The notes: generated by a model not told the origin, from the sequence alone. Counted from the stretch's first letter, positions 54,230 to 64,000 are shown. The stretch is DNA of 64,000 nucleotides from Longimicrobiales bacterium (GCA_041690395.1 JAWLHJ010000002.1:128001-192000), one strand, 5' to 3'. Translations and numbers: made by a program.

Positions 54230-54637
54230 TCAGCCTGCGAGCGGTGTAGACACACCGAGTTTGAACCCGTCGGGATCCTTGAACTGAAACACGCGTGCAC
54301 CCCACGGACGATCCTCCGGTTGGGTCAGCAGCGTTCCCCCCGCCGCCTCGATCCGCGCCGCAGCCGCATCCACATCGGCGGGGCCCGCCACGTTGATCTG
54401 CAGATAGAACCCTTGGCCCTTGATGCGGTCCCAGCCGAGTTGGCCGTCATCCTGATTGAGGACCAGACGGCAATCGCCGGCCGCGACGACCGCCGCAACC
54501 ACCTTGCCTTCGTGCTCGAACGACTGCTCCACGGCGAAGCCGATGGCGTCGCGGTAGAAGCGGATCGAAGTCTCCAGATCCTTGCAAGTGAGCGAGCCAC
54601 CGAGGTGGGTCGCGTTGATGGCTGGGGTGCTGGTCAT
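54230..54637 (-). CDS. VOC/glyoxalase family protein
   Basis: SIRFYRDAIGF, PEDRPWG, DPDG. Confidence 0.85.
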   Translation of the reverse strand: MTSTPAINATHLGGSLTCKDLETSIRFYRDAIGFAVEQSFEHEGKVVAAVVAAGDCRLVLNQDDGQLGWDRIKGQGFYLQINVAGPADVDAAAARIEAAGGTLLTQPEDRPWGARVFQFKDPDGFKLGVSTPLAG

Positions 54638-54766
54638 GGATTGCCCGGGCATAAGTGGGTTACGAGTAATGGCCGCGGAGACTATCACTCTTGCATCGGC
54701 GCCGCCACGTCGGACGCCGGTGCCCCGCCATCGGACCCTCCACCGATTCCACCTCAGGAGAGATGC

Positions 54767-55570
54767 ATGGAGCGCTACCGCGTAGAACCCGGCTCGACGG
54801 TTCGCCTGTCGGACATCGATCCCGGGGAGCGTCTTTCCTTCGATGGAAAGAAGGAGTTGGGCAACGAGTACCTGGAGGAGCTCACCGGGCGCCTCCGAAC
54901 CCTCCAGGAACTCCTCTACGCCGAGGGACGCCACCGGGTCCTGGTGGTGCTACAGGCCATGGACACCGGGGGTAAGGACGGAGTCATCCGCCACGTCTTC
55001 CGAACCGTGAACCCCCAGGGGGTCAAGGTGGCCGGCTTCAAGGCCCCTTCCTCGCGGGAACTGGCCCACGACTATCTCTGGCGTATCCACCGGGAGACCC
55101 CTGCCCGAGGCGAGATCCAGATCTTCAACCGAAGCCACTACGAGGATGTCCTGGTGGTCCGGGTCCGGAATCTGGTGACGCCCGAAGTCTGGGAGCGGCG
55201 GTACAACCACATCCGGGAGTTCGAACGGATGCTGGCGGACGAGGGAACCACCATCCTCAAGTTCTTTCTCCATATCTCGAAAGACGAACAGGCAGAACGG
55301 CTCCAGGCCCGGCTCGACGACCCGGAGAAACACTGGAAGTTCAGCCCGGCGGACCTGGAGGAGCGGAAGCTCTGGGACGACTACCAGCAAGCCCTCGAGG
55401 TGGCGCTCACCCGAACGAGCACCCCGTGGGCGCCGTGGTACGTCGTGCCCGCCAACTCGAAATGGTACCGGAATCTCGTGGTGGCCCGGGTCCTGGTAGA
55501 CACCCTGGAAGGACTGGATATGCGCTTCCCCGAGTCGAGCATGGATCTCGAGGGAATCCGGGTGGAGTGA
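54767..55570 (+). CDS. ppk2: polyphosphate kinase 2 family (class III-like)
   Basis: QAMDTGGKDG, FNRSHYEDVL, WKFSPAD; AGGAG RBS. Confidence 0.92.
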   Translation: MERYRVEPGSTVRLSDIDPGERLSFDGKKELGNEYLEELTGRLRTLQELLYAEGRHRVLVVLQAMDTGGKDGVIRHVFRTVNPQGVKVAGFKAPSSRELAHDYLWRIHRETPARGEIQIFNRSHYEDVLVVRVRNLVTPEVWERRYNHIREFERMLADEGTTILKFFLHISKDEQAERLQARLDDPEKHWKFSPADLEERKLWDDYQQALEVALTRTSTPWAPWYVVPANSKWYRNLVVARVLVDTLEGLDMRFPESSMDLEGIRVE

Positions 55571-55588
55571 GGGTGAGGCGGCTCCCCT

Positions 55589-56455
55589 CTACACCTGGGC
55601 GAGCACATCGGCCAGCGCGCGGTCGATCCCCCGGGTGGGGAGGTTGCTGACGTAGATCTTGTCGGCGCCCACGGAGCGTAGGCCACGGATGGTCCTCGCG
55701 AGCACCTCTTCGGGCCCCGCCCCGGCATCGAATTCCCTGGTGATCTCCTCTGCGGGCACCGGGAAGAAGTCCGACAGGATGGAGAGGGTGCGCTCGTTCG
55801 CGCTGCGGTAGAAGAAGACGCCGAAGACGACGGGGATCTCGATCCCCCTCCTGTCCGCCGCCTCCAGGAACCGCTCCACTGCGTCCAACGAGTGGTGCGA
55901 GACGATCTGGGCCAGGGCGTAGTCGTTGTGCGCGTCCGGCGTCTCCAGGAAGTCCAGCTGACGTTCGGGATCACGGTGGGGATTCACCCACCCGCCCAGG
56001 GCGAAGGACGGGATGCGTCGACGGATGATCTCACGCAGGTCCCGGCCGTGCGGCACGCATCGGGGCTGGCCGACGTCCTTGTCGCCCCCGAGCACGGTGA
56101 GCGTCTCGAAGCCGTCCGACGCGGCACGCGACGCGAACATCGTGCAATACTCGAGCGAGTGCTTGCAGGTGAGGATCGGCACGATGTGTCGCAGGTCGAC
56201 GGTGTCGCCCACGTTCGCCCCCACGTGTGCCAGGCTCTCTTCCTCCTCCGCCCCGACCGCGTTGTCCGTCAGGAAGACGAAGCGTCCGGCTCGGGCCAGC
56301 CGGCCGAGAGCGTGGTGGAGATCGATCCACTCGCCCATGCCCACCCCCGCGGCGAGGTCGGCCTTCGGCGGGCGGAGCTCGACCGACACGAAGGGGCCGG
56401 GACGCGTGAGCTCCTCCAGCAGGAGCGTGCCGGTTCCGGGGGTGGAAACAGTCAT
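55589..56455 (-). CDS. stand-alone MTHFR-like (MetF-fold) protein
   Basis: SVELRPP, TD, LTC, GGD, NP, Q, PVxxG pattern of the MTHFR barrel. Confidence 0.65.
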   Translation of the reverse strand: MTVSTPGTGTLLLEELTRPGPFVSVELRPPKADLAAGVGMGEWIDLHHALGRLARAGRFVFLTDNAVGAEEEESLAHVGANVGDTVDLRHIVPILTCKHSLEYCTMFASRAASDGFETLTVLGGDKDVGQPRCVPHGRDLREIIRRRIPSFALGGWVNPHRDPERQLDFLETPDAHNDYALAQIVSHHSLDAVERFLEAADRRGIEIPVVFGVFFYRSANERTLSILSDFFPVPAEEITREFDAGAGPEEVLARTIRGLRSVGADKIYVSNLPTRGIDRALADVLAQV

Positions 56456-57780
56456 CGAAGATCGTCCATCAACTTTTCTATGTCGTCCGGCGCGGTCGGC
56501 AGCGCCAGCGTGAGATTCTCGTGTCCGGCCTCGGTCACCAGCACGTCGTCCTCGATGCGGACGCCGATACCGGCGTAAGGTTCCACCCGCTCGTCCCCGT
56601 CGGGCCGGAAGTAGAGGCCGGGTTCGACCGTGAGAACCATACCCGGCTCGAGCGCACGAGGTGTCCCCGCCCGGGCATAGTCCCCGGGATCGTGGACGTC
56701 GAGGCCGAGCCAATGCGAGGTCTGATGCGGGTAGTAGCGCTTGTGGGCGTCCCGCGCCACGAGCTCGTCCACGTCACCGGCGAGCACGCCCAGGTCGATC
56801 AGCCCCTTCACCACGGCCCGAACCGCCACCTGGTGCACGGCCGCGACCGTGACGCCGGGGCGGACGGTAGCCACGGCGGCCGCCCGCGCGGCCTCCACCA
56901 CGTCGTAGACCCGTCGCTGCGCGTCGGTGAAGCGTCCGGACGCGGGATACGTGCGCGTGACGTCGCCGTTGTACAGGCTGAGCTCCGCGCCCGCGTCCAC
57001 CAGAACGAGGGCGTCGTCGGCGATGTACGCATCGTTCGCGCGGTAGTGGAGCACGCACGCGTTCGCGCCCGAGCCGACGATCGTGCCGAACCCCGGAACA
57101 CCACCGCCCCGGCCGAACGCGGCTTCGAGCTCGGCCTGGACCCACCACTCTCCCCGGCCAGGCCGGATCGCGCCGGCCGCCGCCCGGTGTCCCTCGATGG
57201 TCAGCCGGGCCGCCGAGCGTATCCGTTCGATCTCGTGCGTATCCTTGCGTAGCCGGAGATCGTCAAGGATCTCGCCCGGGTCGACGACGCCTCTCGGACC
57301 CGTGCCCGTGCGGGGGCCGCGCGCCCGGGCCTGCTCGAGGGCGGCCACGATCAGTCGCTCGATTCGACCTCCCCTCCCCACGCGCGCGTACACGCGATCC
57401 GCGGGGGCCAGCAGGTCGGGGAGACGCTGCTCGAGTTCGGCCAGCGGATGGCAGGCGTCGGGTCCGAACCGCTCCATGGCCTCGGCGGGTCCATCGCGGG
57501 GTCCACCCCACAGCTCGCGATCGGGATCGCGCTCCGCGACGAATAGCGTCCACGTTCCGGGATCTCCGCCCGAGAGAACCGCGACGGCATCGGGCTCTTC
57601 CACGCCGGTGACGTAGAAGAGCTCTCTGTCCGGCCGGTAAGCCAGGTCGGTGTCCCTGGAGGAGAACTGCACCTCTGCGGCGGGCAGCACCATGACGCCC
57701 GACCCGAGCGCCTCGAGCACGGACGCGCGGCGGGCGTGCAGCCGTTCGGCGGGAGGGGTTCTTCGTTCCTTGCGATCCAT
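56452..57780 (-). CDS. pepP: Xaa-Pro aminopeptidase
   Basis: LHY, DAGAE, DVTRT, HWLGLDVHD, TVEPGLY, GVRIEDD. Confidence 0.93.
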   Translation of the reverse strand: MDRKERRTPPAERLHARRASVLEALGSGVMVLPAAEVQFSSRDTDLAYRPDRELFYVTGVEEPDAVAVLSGGDPGTWTLFVAERDPDRELWGGPRDGPAEAMERFGPDACHPLAELEQRLPDLLAPADRVYARVGRGGRIERLIVAALEQARARGPRTGTGPRGVVDPGEILDDLRLRKDTHEIERIRSAARLTIEGHRAAAGAIRPGRGEWWVQAELEAAFGRGGGVPGFGTIVGSGANACVLHYRANDAYIADDALVLVDAGAELSLYNGDVTRTYPASGRFTDAQRRVYDVVEAARAAAVATVRPGVTVAAVHQVAVRAVVKGLIDLGVLAGDVDELVARDAHKRYYPHQTSHWLGLDVHDPGDYARAGTPRALEPGMVLTVEPGLYFRPDGDERVEPYAGIGVRIEDDVLVTEAGHENLTLALPTAPDDIEKLMDDLR

Positions 57781-57901
57781 GCGCCAAAGTAGCGAGACAC
57801 CGAGCCAGGAGTCACCCCACGCCGGGCAGACGAGAGGCGGCGAGCGCGATATCTTCATCGGAGTTCCGCCCCATGCATTCCGATCGACGAGGGACGACCC
57901 G

Positions 57902-60037
57902 ATGCACAGCGCACCCGCACGACGCGACGGCACCGCCGGCCGCAGGACCTCCCACACACGGCGAACCGCCGCCTTCGCGATGCTCGCCCTGCTCGCCGGA
58001 GCGTTCGGCGCGGCCGAAGCGGCAGCGTGGCAGGAGCGCCCCGACTCCGTCGTCGAGATCGAGCCGGTCCTGGTGCGCGTGCTGGGCGGCTCGATCGGGA
58101 CCGGGCGGCCCCACTCGATCAGCGTCGTGGACGGCAGGGAGCTGACCCGGGGGTCGGGGAGCGCCTTCCTCGACGACGCCCTCCGCGCGGTTCCGGGCGT
58201 CCAGATCCAGAATCGATTCAACTTCGCCGTCGGCGAGCGCGTGTCCATCCGCGGCTTCGGCGCGCGCGCCCAGTTCGGCATCAGGGGCGTCAGGGTCCTG
58301 GTCGACGGGATCCCCGCCACCCTCCCCGACGGTCAATCCACGATCGACCACCTCGACCTGTCGAGCCTGGGCCGGGTCGAAGTGCTGCGTGGACCGAACG
58401 CGACGCTCTACGGCAACGCGGCCGGCGGCGTCCTCCACTTCCGCACGCTCGAGCCCGGGGCGAACGGCCGGGAGACCCGCTTCGGTGCCACCGCGGGAAG
58501 CCACGGGCTGGTGACCGTGCAGGGCTCGACCACCAGCCCGGTGGGCGCCGGCGCCTACCGGGTCGGGTTCAATCACCTGGAGTACGACGGCTTCCGGCAG
58601 AACCCGGTCGCCTCGGACGGCTCGACCTACGGAGCGGCGACGAGGTCCGTCGTAAACGGAGTCTTCGATCTCCCGGTCGCCTCCGGCGTGCTGAGCTTCG
58701 TGGTGAACGGCGCGCGGCTCGACGCCGACAACCCGGGCTCGCTGCCGGCCGACTCGCTGGGGCTCGGGACCAGGTCGGCATGGGGCTTCAACGTCATGAG
58801 CGGGACCGGCAAGGAGCTCACACAGGGTCAGGTCGGGGCGAGCTGGTCGCGTGGCTCTGGAGCCGACATGACCGAGTTCGCCGTGTGGGGGATCCGACGT
58901 GATCTCGAGAACCCGATCCCCGGCACGATCGTGGGCGTCGACCGGAACGCCGGGGGCGCGCGCGCCATCCTCAACCGTCCCATCCGCCTGGGCGCCGGCA
59001 CCTTGACCCTCGGTGGGGGAGGCGAGCTCGAGCTCCAGCGCGACGACCGCCTCAACTGGTCGAACGACGGCGGCGACAAGGGAGATTTGACCCTGTCCCA
59101 GCTCGAGAACGTGCGTGGGACCGGTCTCTTCACGCAGGCCCGGCTCGACCTCGACGCTCGGATCTCGTTCCTCGCGGGGCTGCGCTACGACCGCATCCGC
59201 TTCAGCGCGGACGACCGGTACCTCGTGGGGGGCGACCCCGACGACTCGGGCTCCCGCACGATGAGCGCCGTCAGCCCGTCCTTCGGTGTGGTCGTCGGCA
59301 CGGGGGCGGACGTGGAATTGTTCGGCTCGGTCGCGCGCTCGTTCGAATCGCCGACCACGACGGAGCTGGTCAACCGTCCGACCGGGGCCGGCGGATTCAA
59401 TCCGGAGCTGGACCCCCAGGACGGCACCACCTATGAGGGCGGAGTGAGGGCCCGCACCGCCTCCTGGCTCATGGAGGCGACCCTCTTCCGCACGGAGCTC
59501 GAGGGCGAGCTCATCCCCTTCGAGGTGCCGTCCGACCCGGGACGCCAGTACTTCCGTAACGCCGGCGCGTCGCACCATTCGGGGTGGGAGGTGACGCTCG
59601 AGGGGCGCCCCCTCCCCGGCACGGACGTCCGGGTCGCCTACACCCGGGTCGACGCACGTTTCGACAGCTACGTCACCGATTCCGACGACTTCTCGGGGAA
59701 CCGCGTTCCCGGCCTCGCTCCCCAGCGGATCGACGCGCTGGTCTCGTGGAGCCGAGGACTCGGGTTCATCGAGGCCCGGGGCTTCTATCAGGACGAGATT
59801 CCGGTGAACGACGCGGGCACCGCCGAGACCGACGATTACTTCCTCACGGACCTCCGCCTCGGTCTCGAGAGCGTCGGGAGCGGCGCATCACGCATCGCTC
59901 CGTACGTCGCGATCTCCAACCTGTTCGACACCCGCTACACGAGCTCGGTCGCGGTCAATGCGTTCGGGAGCCGCTTCTTCGAGCCGGGCCCGGGTCGGAC
60001 CTTCCGGATCGGGCTGGACGTCCGGTGGGGCGGTTGA
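57902..60037 (+). CDS. TonB-dependent receptor (YncD/PqqU-like)
   Basis: plug QNRxNxA..SIRGFGAR..DGIPATLPDGQ, EVLRGP; C-terminal NLFD..FFEPGPGR. Confidence 0.9.
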   Translation: MHSAPARRDGTAGRRTSHTRRTAAFAMLALLAGAFGAAEAAAWQERPDSVVEIEPVLVRVLGGSIGTGRPHSISVVDGRELTRGSGSAFLDDALRAVPGVQIQNRFNFAVGERVSIRGFGARAQFGIRGVRVLVDGIPATLPDGQSTIDHLDLSSLGRVEVLRGPNATLYGNAAGGVLHFRTLEPGANGRETRFGATAGSHGLVTVQGSTTSPVGAGAYRVGFNHLEYDGFRQNPVASDGSTYGAATRSVVNGVFDLPVASGVLSFVVNGARLDADNPGSLPADSLGLGTRSAWGFNVMSGTGKELTQGQVGASWSRGSGADMTEFAVWGIRRDLENPIPGTIVGVDRNAGGARAILNRPIRLGAGTLTLGGGGELELQRDDRLNWSNDGGDKGDLTLSQLENVRGTGLFTQARLDLDARISFLAGLRYDRIRFSADDRYLVGGDPDDSGSRTMSAVSPSFGVVVGTGADVELFGSVARSFESPTTTELVNRPTGAGGFNPELDPQDGTTYEGGVRARTASWLMEATLFRTELEGELIPFEVPSDPGRQYFRNAGASHHSGWEVTLEGRPLPGTDVRVAYTRVDARFDSYVTDSDDFSGNRVPGLAPQRIDALVSWSRGLGFIEARGFYQDEIPVNDAGTAETDDYFLTDLRLGLESVGSGASRIAPYVAISNLFDTRYTSSVAVNAFGSRFFEPGPGRTFRIGLDVRWGG

Positions 60038-60519
60038 AAGCCACGGCCGTCCTCGGCGTCGCGGTCCTCCTCGCGGCTTCCTCCGTCTCCGCGCAGGGAT
60101 CCGACGCGGGCTCCGGGTGGCGGGCGGGGGTGAGCTTCGGCGGGATCAGCACCGTCGGGCTGACCTTCGAGGCGTTCCGGGACGCGCAGAGCATCGAGGT
60201 CACCCTGGGCACCTTCGGCTTCCGCGACCTCGGGGTGGCCGTGGCCGGGAAGCAGTACTTCGGCTCGCGGGCGGCGAAGCCCTACGTCGGCCTCGGGCTA
60301 TGGGCCATCATTGCGTCGAACGACCCGCGCAACGGCCTCGGGCTCATCGCGCGGGTGCCCCTGGGGCTGGACTGGAACGTCAGGGGCCGACACGCGCTCG
60401 GTGCCGAGGTCGGGGTGAACCGGGCACTCACCGTGCGCCGCCCCGACCCCGACGATGATCGCCCGCTGAACAAGCGACTGGTTCCCCTGCCCGGCATCTA
60501 CTACCGCTACACGCCTTAA
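60034..60519 (+). CDS. small secreted, probable outer-membrane beta-barrel protein
   Basis: TTG start overlapping the receptor stop; signal peptide; alternating beta-strands; C-terminal YYRY. Confidence 0.65.
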   Translation: MKATAVLGVAVLLAASSVSAQGSDAGSGWRAGVSFGGISTVGLTFEAFRDAQSIEVTLGTFGFRDLGVAVAGKQYFGSRAAKPYVGLGLWAIIASNDPRNGLGLIARVPLGLDWNVRGRHALGAEVGVNRALTVRRPDPDDDRPLNKRLVPLPGIYYRYTP

Positions 60520-60559
60520 CCGACCTCGAGGTGGCGGCGCGGCCGTTTCCCGAACGCGC

Positions 60560-60805
60560 CTACCACTCCTCCGGCTCGTCCCAGCGCTCGGCCCAGAAAC
60601 GATCCTCCTCGTCCTCGATCTCTTCCATGTCGAGCGGCGGGTCCTCGTCGACGCTGAGCGCTCCGGTCTCCATGATCCGACGAATCGCCTCGTCGTCGAG
60701 CGAGGCACGGCCAGCGCGCCTGGAGGCACGCGTCTTCCGGCGCACCTCCAGGCCTCCAAGGACGGCCAGCGCGCCGCAAGCGAACCAGATCAGCGCGCCC
60801 AGCAC
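60560..60805 (-). CDS. small membrane protein with acidic C-terminus
   Basis: GGAG RBS, N-terminal TM, D/E-rich tail ending WDEPEEW. Confidence 0.6.
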   Translation of the reverse strand: MLGALIWFACGALAVLGGLEVRRKTRASRRAGRASLDDEAIRRIMETGALSVDEDPPLDMEEIEDEEDRFWAERWDEPEEW

Positions 60806-60862
60806 GTTCGTCTCCCCGGACGGGCCGACGGCTCCGCATCCCCCGGAGGGGATGCCGCCGCC

Positions 60863-62056
60863 TCACCCCCGACCGTCGATCGGCTCCATGCCCACATACT
60901 TCAGCCCGCTTCCGGTGTTGAAGAGGACGACTTCGTCATCCCTGTCGATCAGGTCCATGTCCATGAGCATCGGGACCGCGGCGGCCGTGGCGCCGCCCTC
61001 GGGGGCCGCGAAAATCCCGGTGTCGGAGCCGAGCTTCGCGACCCAATCCGCCATGGCCGAGTCCGTCACCGCGACGGCTCCGCCTCCGGACTCGCGGAGC
61101 GCCCGCAGGATCAGGAAATCACCGACCGCGCCCGGGACCCTGAGGCCCGACGCGTAGGTCGCCGCACCCTCCCAGGTCTCGGCGTGTTCGGCGCCCGCCT
61201 GCCAGGCCCGGACCATGGGGGCGCACCCGGCGGCCTGGACCGTGAACATCTTGGGGCGGTCCGAGCCGATCCAGCCGAGGCGCTCCATCTCGTCGAAAGC
61301 CTTCCACATGCCGATGAGCCCGGTGCCGCCCCCGGTCGGGTAGACGATGGCGTCGGGCAGGCGCCCCAGCTGCTCGAAGAGCTCGTACCCCATGGTCTTC
61401 TTCCCTTCCACGCGGTACGGCTCCTTCAGCGTGGACAGGTCGAACCATCCGTGCTTCTCGACCCCCTGCTTCACGACCTTGCCACAGTCGGAGATGAGGC
61501 CGTCCAGAAGCTGCAGGTCCGCGCCGAGGGCCCGGATCTCCTCGAGGATGGGCGCCGGGGTGTCGGTCGGCACGACGACGTGCACCGGAAGACCCGCGGC
61601 CGCTCCGTAGGCCGCCGCCGCGCTCCCGGCGTTCCCCGCGGACGGGAGCGCGAGCTCCTCCGCCCCGAGCTCGAGGGCGCGGGAAACGGCGAGGCAGAGG
61701 CCCCGGGCCTTGAAGCTCCCGGTGGGGTTCTGGCCCTCGTCCTTCACCCAGACCCGCTCCACGCCGAGCCGCTCGGCGGTCCTCGGCGCGTCCACGAGCG
61801 GCGTCCACCCCTCTCCGAGGCACACCTGGGCCTTCCGGTCACGGACGGGAAGCACCTCTTCGTACCGCCACAGGTCCGAGCGCCTGCACCGGACCGCGTC
61901 GGGCGTGAAGCCGTCGCGGATCGCGTCGAGATCGTAGCGGGCGAAGAGCGGCTTGCCGACCGGGGAGAGGCCGATGAGCTGCTCGCTCTCGATGCGGTCT
62001 CCGGTTCCGGTGCACTCGAGGTGGGTGGCGCCAGGTAGGGATTCGGTACGGTCCAT
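60863..62056 (-). CDS. thrC: threonine synthase family PLP enzyme
   Basis: LGEGWTPL, NPTGSFKARG, SAGNAG, PTGGGTG, NTGSGLKY. Confidence 0.88.
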   Translation of the reverse strand: MDRTESLPGATHLECTGTGDRIESEQLIGLSPVGKPLFARYDLDAIRDGFTPDAVRCRRSDLWRYEEVLPVRDRKAQVCLGEGWTPLVDAPRTAERLGVERVWVKDEGQNPTGSFKARGLCLAVSRALELGAEELALPSAGNAGSAAAAYGAAAGLPVHVVVPTDTPAPILEEIRALGADLQLLDGLISDCGKVVKQGVEKHGWFDLSTLKEPYRVEGKKTMGYELFEQLGRLPDAIVYPTGGGTGLIGMWKAFDEMERLGWIGSDRPKMFTVQAAGCAPMVRAWQAGAEHAETWEGAATYASGLRVPGAVGDFLILRALRESGGGAVAVTDSAMADWVAKLGSDTGIFAAPEGGATAAAVPMLMDMDLIDRDDEVVLFNTGSGLKYVGMEPIDGRG

Positions 62057-62163
62057 GATCTCGACTTGGGTGGGATGGGTAAGCGACACGTGGCCGCTAT
62101 CGTACAGGGATCGGGGCGTTCGCGCACCATTCGGCCGCATGGGGTGCCCCCCCGGGGGGCGGG

Positions 62164-62190
62164 CAACCCTTTGCCGCCCTGGCGGTATCC
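62164..62190 (+). promoter_or_regulatory. putative ECF autoregulatory promoter
   Basis: CAACC-N16-GTATCC ending 10 nt before the sigma ATG. Confidence 0.4.
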
Positions 62191-62200
62191 TAATCGACAC

Positions 62201-62800
62201 ATGATGGACGGACAGACGGCCACCACCGACCCCCGCCTCCTCGAGCTCGCCTCCGAGGGCGACGCCCGAGCGATCCGGACGCTCTACGACCGGTTCGCTC
62301 CGCGCGTGTACGCCGTCGTGCGCCGGATCGCGGGAGACGACGACCTGGCTCAGGACTACGCCCAGGAGGCCTGGATCCGCGCGATCCGGGCGCTACCCAC
62401 GTTCCGGGGAGACGCCCGCTTCTCGACCTGGCTCCATCGGATCGCGGTGAACGCCGCGCTCCAGGCGGTCCGGAAGTCGAAGACGCGGGAGAAGCGAGAA
62501 GCACCGGTGGCGCCGGAAAGTCTCGGGCCGAAGGAAGCGGCAGTCCCGCCCAAACAGGGGGATGCGTTCCTGCAGATGCGGCTCGCCCGGGCCCTGGACG
62601 AGCTTCCGGAAGGGATGCGTCGGGTGCTCATCCTCCACGACGTGGAGGGTTACACCCACGAGGAGATCGGTGAGGTGCTGGGGGTCACGGCAGGCACGTC
62701 GAAATCCCAGCTGTCGAAGGCCAGAGCGAAGATGAGGAACATGCTCTCGGCCCTGGACGGCGAGATGAACGAATACGGAGTGGAATCATGGAGCACCTGA
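62201..62800 (+). CDS. ECF RNA polymerase sigma factor
   Basis: DYAQEAW, FSTWLHRIAVN, EGYTHEEIG, GTSKSQL. Confidence 0.93.
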   Translation: MMDGQTATTDPRLLELASEGDARAIRTLYDRFAPRVYAVVRRIAGDDDLAQDYAQEAWIRAIRALPTFRGDARFSTWLHRIAVNAALQAVRKSKTREKREAPVAPESLGPKEAAVPPKQGDAFLQMRLARALDELPEGMRRVLILHDVEGYTHEEIGEVLGVTAGTSKSQLSKARAKMRNMLSALDGEMNEYGVESWST

Positions 62801-63444
62801 CGACCGAAACGCTCGCCCGCCTGGTGGACGACACGCCCGACGCCGACGAGCGAGCGCACCTCGAAGCGTGCGCGATCTGTGCCACCGAGCTGCGGGCGTT
62901 CCGCGACCAGACGCGAGCCCTGGGCTCGCTCCCGGAGCTGCTGCCGCCGCGCGGCGATTGGAGCATTCTGGAGGCGCGCCTCCGCTCGGAGGGGCTCCTG
63001 CGCGATCAGGGCCTCATGGCTCGTCTCACGCTCACGCGCACGCCCGTCTGGATGCGCGCCGCCGCTTCCGCCCTGCTCTTCGCCGTGGGCGTGCTGTCGG
63101 GCGCCGGGTGGGCGAATCAGTCGGCTACCGGCGGTGTCGCGGTTCCGGTCGTGGCGGAAACGTCGGACATCGACGAGGCGGCCGAGCAGGTGCAGGCGGC
63201 GGAGCGGAGCTACGTGGAAGCCATGAGCCAGTACCGGGCCATACTCGCGGCCTCCGGCGCCGACGACGAAGCGGCCGACCCGTACAGCCGCTACGCGGCG
63301 CTCGAGCATCTCGTGCTCGTGAGCCAGGCCGCCGTCCGCCAGGCACCGGGCGATCCGTTCCTCAACGGGTTCCTCGCCTCCGCGTTGGCCGAGCGCGACG
63401 CGGCGGCGCGGCTCGTCTCCACCTCTTCGGGGGGTTGGTTCTGA
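62788..63444 (+). CDS. zf-HC2 membrane anti-sigma factor
   Basis: HL..HLEACAIC, single TM; overlaps the sigma gene. Confidence 0.82.
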   Translation: MEHLTTETLARLVDDTPDADERAHLEACAICATELRAFRDQTRALGSLPELLPPRGDWSILEARLRSEGLLRDQGLMARLTLTRTPVWMRAAASALLFAVGVLSGAGWANQSATGGVAVPVVAETSDIDEAAEQVQAAERSYVEAMSQYRAILAASGADDEAADPYSRYAALEHLVLVSQAAVRQAPGDPFLNGFLASALAERDAAARLVSTSSGGWF

Positions 63445-64000
63445 TGCGTTCCGTCCGGATCTTCGCGGCGGCGGCCGGCCTGGTCGTCAGCGCGTCGTTC
63501 GCGATTACCACGGAAGCGCACGGACAGGAGCGCCCCGGGTGGGTCGGCGTGTCGGTCGACATCTCGACGATGTCCGACGGCGGCGCCCCGCGCACCCTCG
63601 TGCGCATCGCGGACGTTCAGCACGGCAGTCCGGCGGCCCGAGCGGGGCTGCTGCCCGGGGACGTGCTGCTGGAGGTGAACGACCTGGTCGGTCCGTCGGA
63701 GCTTCAGCAGCTCGCGAGCCGTCTGCGCCTCAACGTCGGCGACACCGTCCGTCTCGTGATCCAGCGGGGCGCCATCCGGGAGGAGGTGCGCCTCGCCGCC
63801 GCGGAGCGTCCGGTCGTCGTGATGCCGCCCCACACGCGGGTCGTGGTGGGTCCCGAGCCCGACTCGATGATCGCGTCGATCATGCGGGCCATGGACTCGA
63901 TGCGCGTGCGCCTGTCCGAGCGCGGCGAGCCGCCCCGCCCCCCTCGTCCCCCCACGCCCGAGGGGTGGATCGAGACATCGGGAGCCTACAGCCCCCTTAC
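63444..64000 (+). CDS. secreted PDZ-domain protein (truncated by window end)
   Basis: translated by hand: MRSVRIFAAAAGLVV..GWVGV..GSPAARAGLLPGDVLLEVN. Confidence 0.8.
   Translation, partial: MRSVRIFAAAAGLVVSASFAITTEAHGQERPGWVGVSVDISTMSDGGAPRTLVRIADVQHGSPAARAGLLPGDVLLEVNDLVGPSELQQLASRLRLNVGDTVRLVIQRGAIREEVRLAAAERPVVVMPPHTRVVVGPEPDSMIASIMRAMDSMRVRLSERGEPPRPPRPPTPEGWIETSGAYSPL

Overview
High-GC bacterial chromosomal window. Gene content and style suggest Gemmatimonadota (inference, not verified). It is mostly housekeeping. From left to right: a ~394-bp structured MITE-like inverted repeat just upstream of mazG; a long minus-strand run containing the dcw cluster (mraZ-rsmH-ftsL-ftsI-murE-murF-mraY-murD-ftsW-murG-murC-ftsQ-ftsA-ftsZ) continuing into an M23 peptidase, a membrane protein, ftsY, recG, asnS and a D-2-hydroxyacid dehydrogenase; a TPR protein; an ECF sigma/anti-sigma operon with three DUF4097-like proteins; signalling and molybdenum-cofactor genes (PAS kinase, HD-GYP regulator, mobA-mobB fusion, fdhD); a DapF-like epimerase; a DUF5916-like protein; a small Cys-rich secreted peptide; a methionine locus (SAM-II-like riboswitch, metH, yitJ-like, separate MTHFR-like gene); kbp, ppk2, pepP, a YncD/PqqU-like TonB-dependent receptor and thrC; and a second ECF/anti-sigma/PDZ operon. 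I saw no rRNA, tRNA, CRISPR array, prophage or transposase. The most notable signals are a DapF with both catalytic Cys replaced by Ser, a long-loop SAM-II-like riboswitch followed by an intrinsic terminator ahead of a metH that lacks a canonical start codon, an orphan 4-Cys secreted peptide, and the structured MITE. I cannot establish from sequence alone that any of these is a wholly new system.
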